Below, piece after piece: positions 1 to 9,319 of a stretch of 64,000 nucleotides of DNA (the first letter of the stretch is position 1; each line of letters starts with the position of its first letter). The stretch is from positions 256,001-320,000 of the forward strand of contig JAPDJW010000002.1 in the NCBI GenBank assembly GCA_029258885.1, in the 5' to 3' direction. The notes under the pieces were generated by a model. The model was not told where the DNA came from and did no database searches. It worked only from the letters and a program-made list of their open reading frames with translations. The DNA is from Thermoproteota archaeon (GTDB lineage Archaea; Thermoproteota; Thermoprotei; Thermofilales; B9-G17). Both the position numbers and the translations under genes were made by a program.

Positions 1-886
1 GAACTATCCCTCATACCTATTGGGTGAGCTAGTTAGGGCGACGGCCTTCATAGCTCATCCTTACCGATGGCCTGTAATAGGATGGAAGAGCGATATACAG
101 TCTATAACCAGGGACGACCTTGTAAGCTACTACAACGATGCGTATACCCCCGATAATGCAGTAATATCTATTGCTGGCGACGTTGATCCATATGAAGTCA
201 TGAGAATTATTAAGGAGAAATTCGGTGAAATAGATGCTAAATCCAGAATTTCTGAGCCTAGGACTAAGGAGCCTAAGCAGAGGGGTGAGAGGAGAGTTGT
301 CCTAAGGAAGCCCGGTAAAGTAGGGTACCTATACGTAGCATACCACGTACCAAACGCTAGAAGCGAGGATACGATTCCATTAATAATCCTCGATGCCATA
401 CTCGGAGGTGCCTCCTCCATCAATCCCCTCTCCGGCGCTAATTTCGTTAAGAGCTCTAGGCTATACAACATACTAGTTAATAGGGGGCTTGCAAACTGGG
501 TTTCAGTAAGATACGGGCTTACACTCGATCCCTACATCTTTTTCATAAAAATCGGATTAAGGAGTAATGTTAGTCACGAAAAGGTTGAGAAGGTGTTATT
601 TAAGGAGATAGATAATATACGTAGAGGAAGAATTAAGGAGAGCGAGTTGAAGAGAGCTAAAAATCAAATTAAGGCCCAGTGGTCCTATGCATGGGAGGAT
701 GTAACCGGAGTAGCGGGGGTATACGGCTTCTTCGACATAATTACTGGCCTAGACTTCCTCAAGAATCTTCCATCGGAGGTGGAGAAAATAAGTATAAAGG
801 ATGTAGTTAGGGTTGCAGATGAATATCTGGTTGAGGATAATAGGACTGTTGGATTGTTTATACCTCAGGAGGAGGCGGTTGAATGA
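1..886 (+). CDS. M16 family zinc peptidase, C-terminal part (5' end outside window)
   Basis: Frame is open from position 2 (NYPSYLLGELV...). HPYRWPVIGW, LVSYYNDAYTPDNAVISIAGD and LIILDAILGG...SSRLY are typical M16 segments; the HxxEH motif would lie upstream of the window. Confidence 0.85.
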   Translation, partial: NYPSYLLGELVRATAFIAHPYRWPVIGWKSDIQSITRDDLVSYYNDAYTPDNAVISIAGDVDPYEVMRIIKEKFGEIDAKSRISEPRTKEPKQRGERRVVLRKPGKVGYLYVAYHVPNARSEDTIPLIILDAILGGASSINPLSGANFVKSSRLYNILVNRGLANWVSVRYGLTLDPYIFFIKIGLRSNVSHEKVEKVLFKEIDNIRRGRIKESELKRAKNQIKAQWSYAWEDVTGVAGVYGFFDIITGLDFLKNLPSEVEKISIKDVVRVADEYLVEDNRTVGLFIPQEEAVE

Positions 887-2148
887 ATATTATAGATAAA
901 TTACCTGAAATTGATATTGAAATAAAGAGGACTGTACTAGACGGCGGAACGGTAGTTATAGTCAATGAGAGGCCATGGAGCAGCTCCGTGTACGTCTACG
1001 GCGGGATAGTTGGTGGGCTATGTATTGAGGAGGTTTATGGCGAGGCAAACTTCACCTCATCACTGCTCCTGAAGAGATATAGGAGAAAGACCGCTAGACA
1101 GATAGTTGTTGAGATAGAGGGTATGGGCGCATCGGCATCCTTCAGAGCCGGATACGAGGCGGTGATATTCACTCTTATGTCGCGTAGGGAGAACTTCGAG
1201 AAAGTCATGGGCAAGGTGCTTAAGTATGCCTCTAGGCCAAGCTTTCCCGAGAAAGAGATTAAAAACGCTAGGAGCAGAATTGCTTCTATTATCAGGGAGA
1301 ATGAGCAGAGTCCACGGTTTATGGGATTAAAGATATTCAAGGAGCTCATGTTCACTAAGGATAATCCCTATGGAAGACCTATTGAAGGCTACGTTGAAAG
1401 CATTATGAATATTAGCCGTAGCAACTTAATCAGCTACCACAGAAAGCTCTTCCATAAAGGCAATTTCATAATAGCTATCGCTGGCGGAATATGCTTTAAT
1501 GAGGCAGTTAATGTAGTCGAGAAAGCATTGACATATATAGAAGATGGAAGAACCGAAGTCAAATGGCCTGAAACTCCAGAAGTGAAGGGCGTAAGGGAGG
1601 AAGTATACGAGATGCTTGGTAAATCTGAGGCCAGAATAGTGCTAGGATCCAGCGCCATACCTAAAAACCACCCGGACTATGTGCCACTACTAGCCGCCAA
1701 CGACATACTGGGATCCTTCGGCTTATTCGGAAGGCTCGGCAAGAGGATAAGGGATGAAGAGGGCCTGGCGTACGGCGTATGGAGTAGTCTTTCCCTAGGA
1801 AAGGAGGCTGGATACTGGACCGTAGAAGCTGGCGTAAACCCCAAGAACTTGGATAAAGCCTACAGGATGATACTTGAAGAGCTAGATAGGATATCAAGCG
1901 AACCGGTTAGTGAGAAGGAGCTAAACCAAGTTAAGGGGGATTTAGTTGGGTCGCTAGCCGTGGATTTAGAGAGGAACAGCTTCGTAGCTAGACTGCTTTT
2001 CGACATAGAGTTCTACGGGCTAGGAACGGACTATATATCCAGGTTGAGGAGGGATATCCTAAACTTAAAGGTAAGCGATATATTAAATGTCTCGAGAAAA
2101 TACTTTAAGCCGGACAACTATATAGCTGTCTTCATAAAACCAAAGTAG
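883..2148 (+). CDS. M16 family peptidase, probably non-catalytic partner subunit
   Basis: 421 aa; overlaps upstream stop. NPYGRPIEG and RLGKRIRDEEGLAYGV (R/Y pair) are present; HxxEH is replaced by EANFTSS. Confidence 0.85.
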   Translation: MNIIDKLPEIDIEIKRTVLDGGTVVIVNERPWSSSVYVYGGIVGGLCIEEVYGEANFTSSLLLKRYRRKTARQIVVEIEGMGASASFRAGYEAVIFTLMSRRENFEKVMGKVLKYASRPSFPEKEIKNARSRIASIIRENEQSPRFMGLKIFKELMFTKDNPYGRPIEGYVESIMNISRSNLISYHRKLFHKGNFIIAIAGGICFNEAVNVVEKALTYIEDGRTEVKWPETPEVKGVREEVYEMLGKSEARIVLGSSAIPKNHPDYVPLLAANDILGSFGLFGRLGKRIRDEEGLAYGVWSSLSLGKEAGYWTVEAGVNPKNLDKAYRMILEELDRISSEPVSEKELNQVKGDLVGSLAVDLERNSFVARLLFDIEFYGLGTDYISRLRRDILNLKVSDILNVSRKYFKPDNYIAVFIKPK

Positions 2149-2196
2149 ATTCGGTTATGTGTATTTAATAGATCTACTTAGCTTATAGTCGAATAA

Positions 2197-2520
2197 TTAT
2201 CTTATTCTTAGAAGTATGTGGTTTATATCAGCGATTAAGCTTGGAAATTTTCTACATTTCTCCACCATTTCCTCAATCTTTGACAGTTGATAATCTATAT
2301 CTTCATCAGATAGCAGTCCAGAGCGTTGTCCGCAGAAGATGGCATAACCCGTGTAGTATGCTGCCTTACATTCTAATAGGTCAAGAAGTATAGAGAGTGG
2401 ATGAAACGTTAAAACATGTTCCCTCTTGAGCCTATCTACTGCATACCTAAGTCGTTTTGCTGCATCGCTGAATTTCCTATAAGCGATCCTGTGATTGTAT
2501 AGGTATTCCTCAGCCCCCCC
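2197..2520 (-). other. -1 frame continuation of the GNAT gene (about 105 codons, AEEYLYNHRIAYRKF...INHILLRIR*)
   Basis: Manual translation: open from the C7 tract at 2514-2520 (+ strand) to TAA at 2199-2197, and bounded upstream by TGA just before the tract. Confidence 0.7.
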
Positions 2521-3308
2521 ACTTCAAGGGCTAGGCTCTCAAAGATATACGATAAAGGCGGAGAGAATTTCTTTGCCGTCTCTCTTATCCGTTTTGCAAG
2601 CGAGTAATAATCTTGAGCTTTAAGATCCTCCGCTATATAGAGCGGATACATGTATAGCAAGCATAGGTAGTCGTTGTTTTCATGCCTAATACTTTCCGCC
2701 GCATCCATAACTTTCTTCAGGATGTTAGCTACCTTCCTATAGTTGCCTTGATGAAGATTTTTCATTGCATAGCAGAGGATTTTAGGCTGATCCAGCAACT
2801 TAATCAAGTCTATATACCTGACTATACCCATATAGGGCTTAGGCTCCCAGCCAAGCGGAATATAGCCTTTCTTGATAAACCACTCCAATGCACCGCTCCA
2901 CGCCTCTAGATAAGCAATTCTCGCCCCTAACTCTATCATCTTTTTCTCAGCATTTTCAAGTAGTATTCCGCCAATCCCCCTTCCTCTATGCTTTCTATCT
3001 ACATGTATCTCCTCTACATAGCCGATCCTAGAGTTATTCCTAATAAATACACTGAATTTGATGAAGCCTATTATTCTCTCTTCCACCTGGGCGATAACCA
3101 TGAATTCATTCTCTCCTTTATGGAGAATCCACTCCCTAAGGTTTTGCGAAGAGAGGAATGGATACTTTTCGCCGTAGACTCTTCTATCATAATCTACTAT
3201 TTCTAAGTAATCCTTACCCGGACATATATCGCGGTAGCTATCAATATATATCCTCAATATAGCATCTGCATCCTCGACATTAACTTCACGTATGGTTATA
3301 TCACTCAT
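2436..3308 (-). CDS. GNAT family N-acetyltransferase with helical C-terminal extension (appears frameshift-truncated)
   Basis: VEEIHVDRKHRGRGIGGILL acetyl-CoA binding motif A; the C-terminal domain continues in the -1 frame after a G7 run. Confidence 0.85.
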   Translation of the reverse strand: MSDITIREVNVEDADAILRIYIDSYRDICPGKDYLEIVDYDRRVYGEKYPFLSSQNLREWILHKGENEFMVIAQVEERIIGFIKFSVFIRNNSRIGYVEEIHVDRKHRGRGIGGILLENAEKKMIELGARIAYLEAWSGALEWFIKKGYIPLGWEPKPYMGIVRYIDLIKLLDQPKILCYAMKNLHQGNYRKVANILKKVMDAAESIRHENNDYLCLLYMYPLYIAEDLKAQDYYSLAKRIRETAKKFSPPLSYIFESLALEVGGLRNTYTITGSLIGNSAMQQNDLGMQ

Positions 3309-3551
3309 CTCAATCCCATGCCCGCTATTAAAGGAAACTTTTTATTAAGTGCTGTCCTTACAAGTATTTCTTAAGCTATATGATGGAGGACAGCACATAT
3401 CGTAGTATATATAGAGCTACTATAAAGCTAACGTTACATCAGGTATACATTGTCTAAAGTTAATGCCAAGGTAAAAGTGCTAATTTAACGTGATTTCCGG
3501 ATCCTGTAAATACGATAAAGATAATAACCTCGAGTTTTAAATACTGTATTG

Positions 3552-3605
3552 GTGATGAGCCTTCAGTGAACCGACATAACTAGTGAGGTCACCCGGCAAG
3601 TCTGA
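3552..3605 (+). ncRNA. C/D box sRNA (2'-O-methylation guide)
   Basis: GTGATGA (C, 3552-3558), 12-nt guide, CCGA (D'), TAGTGA (C'), guide, CTGA (D, 3602-3605); 54 nt, intergenic. Confidence 0.75.
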
Positions 3606-3606
3606 G

Positions 3607-5160
3607 CTAACGCTCCAAAATGAACGGACGCCGATGCTCCCTCTTCGTCGGTATCCTATCGATTAACATCATTTCCTCTATTCTTCCGATACCGAAAGGC
3701 ATTTCCTCCTCAAGCACCTTAAGGGCTTGATCCAGCTTAAACTCCGACTCAGAGTATATTTCGAATAGTGGATCTCCCGCCTTAACTCGATCACCTATCT
3801 TTACGTATAGCCTTACGCCAGCGCCCTTATCCTTTGGTGCTCCCGCCAGCTTAGCTATTTCGGCTAAAACTGAATTATTTATCCATAGCACGGGACCCTT
3901 CATCTCCGACCTTATCAGTATCTTCTTATCGCCTAACGGTATATCGTCAGGCTTAACGTTGGGATCTCCTCCCTGAGCCTCAATTATCTCCCTAAACTTC
4001 TTCTCAGCCTTACCGCTCCTCAACGCCTCCAATGCGACAGCCTTACCGTTGCTAACGCCGACCATCTCGAGGAGGACTCCAGCAACGCTCGTAGCCTTAT
4101 CTACTAGATCGGGAGTCCAATTACCCATTAGAGTATTAAGCGCCTCCCAAGCTTCGAGAGCTGGTCCCATAGTGTATCCGACAGGTTCCTCGCCTAGGGT
4201 AATAGCGCAGTTAACCTTCATTCCAAGCCTCTTACCAACTTCAATGAAGCTCCTAGCAATCAGGTGGGCTTCCCCTATGGTCTTAACCTTAGTCCCTCTG
4301 CCAGTAGGTATATCCAGCACCACGTGAGTAGCTCCAACCGATTTCTTCTTAGCCATAATTGATGGGATGAAGAAGGGATCGAGGGATAGTGGATACTCAA
4401 CTCTAATAATTATGTCGTCGGCTGGAGCCAGCCCGAGAGCTCCTCCCCAAACCATACATCCATTGGTCTTCGAGACAACCTCCTTTATCTCATCAACGGA
4501 TAGATCTACCGGACATAGTACTTCAACTCTATCTGCCGTACCAGCTGGGGACGTAATAGCCCTAGAAGAGGTCTTCGGAATAGTATAACCTAGCGACGCG
4601 ATAATCGGTACCACGAGCATAGTAGTCTTATCGCCTGGAACTCCGCCTAAGCTGTGTTTATCGAGGATCGGGTATCTATCTAACTCTATAGTCTTCCCGG
4701 TTTCAACCATAGCCTTCGAGAAGTAGTATGCCTCCTCAATATTCATGCCCTGCAGGTGTAGTGCCGTAACCAGCGCGGCTATCTCGATATCACTTAACCT
4801 ACCCTCAACTATGTCCTTAATTATCTCGTAAACCTCCTCGTAGGATAAGGATACGCCATTCATCCTATTCCTAATATACTTAATTGAAGCTGGCCTCTCG
4901 GTTGGTAGAATTTCAACCTCATCTCCATCCCTCAGATCCAGTGCCTTAGCGACTTCATCGTAGACAGCGATAGTGTCGTGAGGCAGATACCTAGCAATAT
5001 TGACTATTGCTACAACATCCCTATCCCCTTTCCTGACAATTACTCTATCAAGTGCATGTATACCCATAAACTTAGCGGGTTCATCATCAATAACTATAAT
5101 TCGCTTCTTACCTGCTTCAAAACCCAGAAGCTTAACCTTAAACCTCAAAATTCCCACCAT
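3607..5160 (-). CDS. deoA: AMP phosphorylase (thymidine/pyrimidine-nucleoside phosphorylase family, archaeal type)
   Basis: DKHSLGGVPGDKT, KTSSRAITSPAGTAD and GAPKDKGAGV motifs, plus the N-terminal extension typical of archaeal AMP phosphorylase. Confidence 0.92.
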   Translation of the reverse strand: MVGILRFKVKLLGFEAGKKRIIVIDDEPAKFMGIHALDRVIVRKGDRDVVAIVNIARYLPHDTIAVYDEVAKALDLRDGDEVEILPTERPASIKYIRNRMNGVSLSYEEVYEIIKDIVEGRLSDIEIAALVTALHLQGMNIEEAYYFSKAMVETGKTIELDRYPILDKHSLGGVPGDKTTMLVVPIIASLGYTIPKTSSRAITSPAGTADRVEVLCPVDLSVDEIKEVVSKTNGCMVWGGALGLAPADDIIIRVEYPLSLDPFFIPSIMAKKKSVGATHVVLDIPTGRGTKVKTIGEAHLIARSFIEVGKRLGMKVNCAITLGEEPVGYTMGPALEAWEALNTLMGNWTPDLVDKATSVAGVLLEMVGVSNGKAVALEALRSGKAEKKFREIIEAQGGDPNVKPDDIPLGDKKILIRSEMKGPVLWINNSVLAEIAKLAGAPKDKGAGVRLYVKIGDRVKAGDPLFEIYSESEFKLDQALKVLEEEMPFGIGRIEEMMLIDRIPTKREHRRPFILER

Positions 5161-5307
5161 ACAAGTACTATTCTATAGGATTTCATCTATATAAAAAGGT
5201 CGCAGAAAATATTCAAGCTCCTGCGTGAACTCCTCGATGATGGGTCGAAATCCGACCCCACACCTTAAATATCACCGGATTGAAAACTATATTCTAGGTG
5301 ACACTAG

Positions 5308-6309
5308 GTGAGGGATTCTTATAGGGATGTAATCATAATTGGAGCTGGAATAGCAGGGCTTACAGCCGCGCTATATACGGCTAGACAGAAGCTTAATACT
5401 CTAGTAATAAGCATAGATTTGGGCGGTCAGCTTCTAATGGCACCTGAAATACAGAACTTCCCGGGATATGTTTCGATAAGTGGTTTTGAATTGATTAAGA
5501 AGATTGAGGAGCAGGCTAGACTATATGGAGCTGAAATAATTTTCGATGAAGTGGTTGGAATAAAGCCTGAAGATAAGCATTATATAGTATCTACCCGCTC
5601 GGGAGCGGAATACAGGACATTAGCCGTAATATTGGCATTCGGTAAGAAGCCTAAGGAGCTTGGGATACCCGGCGAGAAGGAGCTGAAGGGGAGGGGTGTT
5701 TCATACTGTGTTGTATGTGATGGCCCACTATTTAGGAACAGGAATGTTGCATTCATAAGCTGGGGTCATCACAGCGTTGAAAGCGCCACGACGCTCAGGA
5801 GCTACGCTAATAGAGTATATTGGATCTTCCCGGGCGAGAAGCCCGTGGATGACGAGGATATGCTCAACGAGATATTAAGCGGAGGAAATGTTGAGCTTGT
5901 AGCCAACGCTAAGCCCGTTGAAATAAGAGGAGAGAAAATGGTTGAAGCTATAGTCGTTGAGAACAGGAAGACCGGGGAGAGAAGAGAAATTAATGTGGAT
6001 GGAGTTTTCGTGGAGATAGGATACACAACTAAAACCGACTTTCTGAAGGGACTCGTTGAGCTTAACGAGAAGGGAGAGGTAGTAGTCGATCAGCTGTGTC
6101 GAACAAGTAGGGAGGGAATATTTGCAGCAGGAGACGTAGCGGCTATCCCGTATAAACAAGCGGTAATTTCAGCTGGCATGGGGGCTTGCGCTGCATTAAG
6201 TGCATATAACCATGTTATAGGACTTAAGGGAGGAAGAGCTAAAGTCATAGCCGACTGGAGGAAGGTTGAAATTCCGAAAAAGACTGGCAAATTCTTCCTT
6301 AAAATATAG
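5308..6309 (+). CDS. trxB: Thioredoxin reductase
   Basis: IIGAGIAG FAD motif, GRGVSYCVVCDGPLF (CxxC), GIFAAGD. Confidence 0.92.
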   Translation: MRDSYRDVIIIGAGIAGLTAALYTARQKLNTLVISIDLGGQLLMAPEIQNFPGYVSISGFELIKKIEEQARLYGAEIIFDEVVGIKPEDKHYIVSTRSGAEYRTLAVILAFGKKPKELGIPGEKELKGRGVSYCVVCDGPLFRNRNVAFISWGHHSVESATTLRSYANRVYWIFPGEKPVDDEDMLNEILSGGNVELVANAKPVEIRGEKMVEAIVVENRKTGERREINVDGVFVEIGYTTKTDFLKGLVELNEKGEVVVDQLCRTSREGIFAAGDVAAIPYKQAVISAGMGACAALSAYNHVIGLKGGRAKVIADWRKVEIPKKTGKFFLKI

Positions 6310-7834
6310 GTTTTGAATATTTTTCCACGAGCTTCTCTGGAACAGTTTTTTCGCTTGCTATAATCTTAAACACCTCCGAGCTTTCTCTAGGCTTCCGCTC
6401 CTTTGTCTCTAGATCAACGTCTATCAGTCCGAACCTCATCTTAAAGCCTTGTGCCCACTCATAGTTGTCGGTTAAAGCCCAGTGAAGATATCCATATACG
6501 TTTTTCTTCTTCTCAACGTATTCCTCAAGCACCTTGAGGTGGGATACTAGGAAATACGGCCTAATATTGTCTTTTGAATCAGCTATACCATTCTCAGTCA
6601 CTATCAACGGCTTACCATATTCTGAAGCTATATCAAGTGCATCGGATAGACCTTGAGGATAAACCTCCCATCCGAAGTCGCTAACGGGCATTCCATCTAA
6701 AGACCTGCCCCCTGGCGTACAGTTAAAGCCGTATCCCTTAACGATATCAGGTATAACGGGCACGGGCGATATTAGCGGCAGCACCCACTTCCCCTTCAGC
6801 ACAATCCTAGTGTAGTAGTTTACTCCAAGCCAGTCAAGCTTATCTTTAAACTTATCTATCGAATACTTCTCCCTGCCTACAAGGCTCCTATCAATTTTCC
6901 CCCTTACTATAAACTCTAGGATCCACTTATTGTGAATATAGTTCATTAGATCTGCTGCCTTTAAATCAAGCTTCCTCTCCGAATAGGGCTTTATGGGGAC
7001 AATATTATGCACTATACCCACGTACGCCGCTGAGGGTGAGTCATCATCGGCCCTAACTTTATCATATTTCTTAATTAGATCGTATGCAACTACGTGAGCA
7101 TTAGCAATATTCAAGCAAGCCGTTTTGAATGCATTTATGTTCCTTAAGCCCGGAGGGAACCCAACCTCCGGCTGAAAGTAGCCTGCCTCAGTAACAGCCA
7201 TTGGCTCATTGAATGTAACCCAATAGTCCACTATATTCCCAAGAGACCACGCCATATATGCCGAATACTTAGCAAACTCCAATATAGTTGTCTTGTCGAC
7301 CCACCCCTTAGGCCCGCGTTTAAGCTTAGTATCTCTACAGGCTATAGGATCATGTATCCATAGGGGGAGCGTAAAGTGGTTTAAACATACAAACACCTTC
7401 AAGCCTCTATCCCTAAGGTCAAGTATTATCTCCCTATACCTGCTTACGGCCTCCTTATTCGCCAGTAAGTCAAGTTCCTCGATAGCCTTATCGTCCACTT
7501 CAACCCTAGTAATATAGCCTTCAGGGTCAAGCTCTATGCCAACTCTAACATCGAGCGTAGGCTTAGGAAAGATCCTACTCCATTCTATACCGATCCTGTA
7601 GGCATTCATCCCTATGCTGGCGGCCAGCTCGTGGTCGCTCCTAAAGAGATCCCAATAGTTTATCCCATGTTCAGGGAGATCTCCGCTAACAACTCCCCTT
7701 CTAATATTCGTTTCATCGTGAACCCACTTAAACCAGTCTGTATTAGGATCAATACTCTTCCCCTCGGGATCCCCCATCTCGAACTGGAAGCCGCTACTAG
7801 ATGCTCCCCAGAAGAACTTTTCGGGAAACGGCAT
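6299..7834 (-). CDS. bgaS: Glycoside hydrolase family 1 beta-galactosidase/beta-glucosidase (archaeal type)
   Basis: TFNEP acid/base and IVTENG nucleophile motifs; DWLGVNYY; LTDNYEWAQG. Confidence 0.92.
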   Translation of the reverse strand: MPFPEKFFWGASSSGFQFEMGDPEGKSIDPNTDWFKWVHDETNIRRGVVSGDLPEHGINYWDLFRSDHELAASIGMNAYRIGIEWSRIFPKPTLDVRVGIELDPEGYITRVEVDDKAIEELDLLANKEAVSRYREIILDLRDRGLKVFVCLNHFTLPLWIHDPIACRDTKLKRGPKGWVDKTTILEFAKYSAYMAWSLGNIVDYWVTFNEPMAVTEAGYFQPEVGFPPGLRNINAFKTACLNIANAHVVAYDLIKKYDKVRADDDSPSAAYVGIVHNIVPIKPYSERKLDLKAADLMNYIHNKWILEFIVRGKIDRSLVGREKYSIDKFKDKLDWLGVNYYTRIVLKGKWVLPLISPVPVIPDIVKGYGFNCTPGGRSLDGMPVSDFGWEVYPQGLSDALDIASEYGKPLIVTENGIADSKDNIRPYFLVSHLKVLEEYVEKKKNVYGYLHWALTDNYEWAQGFKMRFGLIDVDLETKERKPRESSEVFKIIASEKTVPEKLVEKYSKPIF

Positions 7835-7881
7835 CTAGACCACAAGCTTATATAAACTTTTAAAATATTAAAATTCCTGCT

Positions 7882-8472
7882 ATGTATATTCTCCCTAAAA
7901 GCTTCTATGCTAGGGATCCGAAGGTTGTTGCAATAGATCTTCTAGGAAAGGTTATCGTGAGGAAGCTGGATGGGGAAAGGTTGAGTGGAATTATAGTTGA
8001 GACTGAAGCATATTATGGGTTTAATGATCCAGCATCTAGAGCCTACGGTGGAATAAAGCCATTCTGTAGGGTAATGCTCGAGGAGCCTGGGACACTATTC
8101 ATATACATGGTACACGGCAACTGGCTACTTAACATAGTAACGCTACCTAAGGGAATACCTTCGGCGGTATTAATCAGAGCAGTTGAGCCTAAGGAGGGCA
8201 TAAAAATAATGCTTAGAAACAGGAGAGTTAAGAGAATATATGATTTAACAAACGGCCCAGGGAAGTTCACTAAAGCGTTCGGAATAACTAAGGAATATAA
8301 TGGACTAAACGTGGCTGATCCAAGTAGCCCGATAAACATAATTGATGAGGGATATAGGCCATCATCGATAGAGTCATCCCATAGAATAGGTGTAAGCAGG
8401 GATCTACCACAGAAGCTAAGATTCTATATTAAGGACAATCCGTACGTCTCTAAAGCTAAGCCTAAGGCATGA
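7882..8472 (+). CDS. mpg: 3-methyladenine DNA glycosylase (MPG/AAG family)
   Basis: IIVETEAY, AVLIRAVEP, LTNGPGK, SHRIGVS. Confidence 0.92.
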   Translation: MYILPKSFYARDPKVVAIDLLGKVIVRKLDGERLSGIIVETEAYYGFNDPASRAYGGIKPFCRVMLEEPGTLFIYMVHGNWLLNIVTLPKGIPSAVLIRAVEPKEGIKIMLRNRRVKRIYDLTNGPGKFTKAFGITKEYNGLNVADPSSPINIIDEGYRPSSIESSHRIGVSRDLPQKLRFYIKDNPYVSKAKPKA

Positions 8473-9319
8473 TGTACTCTACTATTGTTATCAATATTTC
8501 AATTATAATTAAAGCTATGATTAGTATTTCAAGCATAGTCTCTCTGGAAGCTGTAACTAGGTCGGACAGAATTTCACCCATCTGTAGAACTTCCTCAATC
8601 GATCTATCCAAATTATCAAATCTTTCCTCTATCTCATATATAGATCTAAGCTGTTCGTAGAGTTCCTCAAGCTCAGGATTTTCCCACGTTATTTCAGGCT
8701 TTTCCAAGACCATAATATCGGAGATGGCCTCAAGCCTAATCTTTAATACATGTGTTAGCTCTCTAATGGTCGATTTAACTCTAAATAGAGCTCCCCTTTT
8801 CTCAAATACCGACAGGATCCTATCAGCTTTCTCTAGAGCGTCGTCGACATCTCTTTCAAGCCTCTCCAAGGCAACGGACTGTGCAAGAACAAACGATATT
8901 ATTTCGAGAGTATTTCTGTTAAACATGTCATCAGTAACTATACATGCTCTTTCTGTTGCAACTAGATTATACTTATGCTCTTGCTTAAACCCCGTATCCT
9001 TTAATGCTTTCTCAAATTCACGTGTATCTCTGCACTTAATTATCTCGTACTTCTCAGTTATAGGCGGCAGTAGCCTCCTCACGTAGTCCCTTAACTGATC
9101 TATTACGTCCTGCGCCATACCCTTATAGGGATCTATAAGCACGAAGCTTCCGAAGGAGTAGAAGTAGACAGTTCTACCCTTAAATTCGATTACCAGCGGC
9201 TTCTCCCATGAACGCCTAAATCCTTTTCCAAGGATCCTCTTAGAAAGCCTGTAGAGGTCTATTTCCTTAGCTACATTATATGCGGCTATCTCTATCTTCT
9301 CCACAACTATCCCCGACAA
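8462..9319 (-). CDS. RMD1/DUF155 family protein
   Basis: YFYSFGSFV, SFVLAQSVALERLE, KPEITWENPELEELY...EIEERF...LEILIIALIIIE pattern with a C-terminal TM helix. Confidence 0.8.
   Translation of the reverse strand: MSGIVVEKIEIAAYNVAKEIDLYRLSKRILGKGFRRSWEKPLVIEFKGRTVYFYSFGSFVLIDPYKGMAQDVIDQLRDYVRRLLPPITEKYEIIKCRDTREFEKALKDTGFKQEHKYNLVATERACIVTDDMFNRNTLEIISFVLAQSVALERLERDVDDALEKADRILSVFEKRGALFRVKSTIRELTHVLKIRLEAISDIMVLEKPEITWENPELEELYEQLRSIYEIEERFDNLDRSIEEVLQMGEILSDLVTASRETMLEILIIALIIIEILITIVEYIMP

Noticed and set aside
5235-5257. Possible hammerhead ribozyme or SECIS
   Set aside because: The core is TCGATGA, not CTGANGA; GAAA lies in a loop; no Sec-containing gene nearby.
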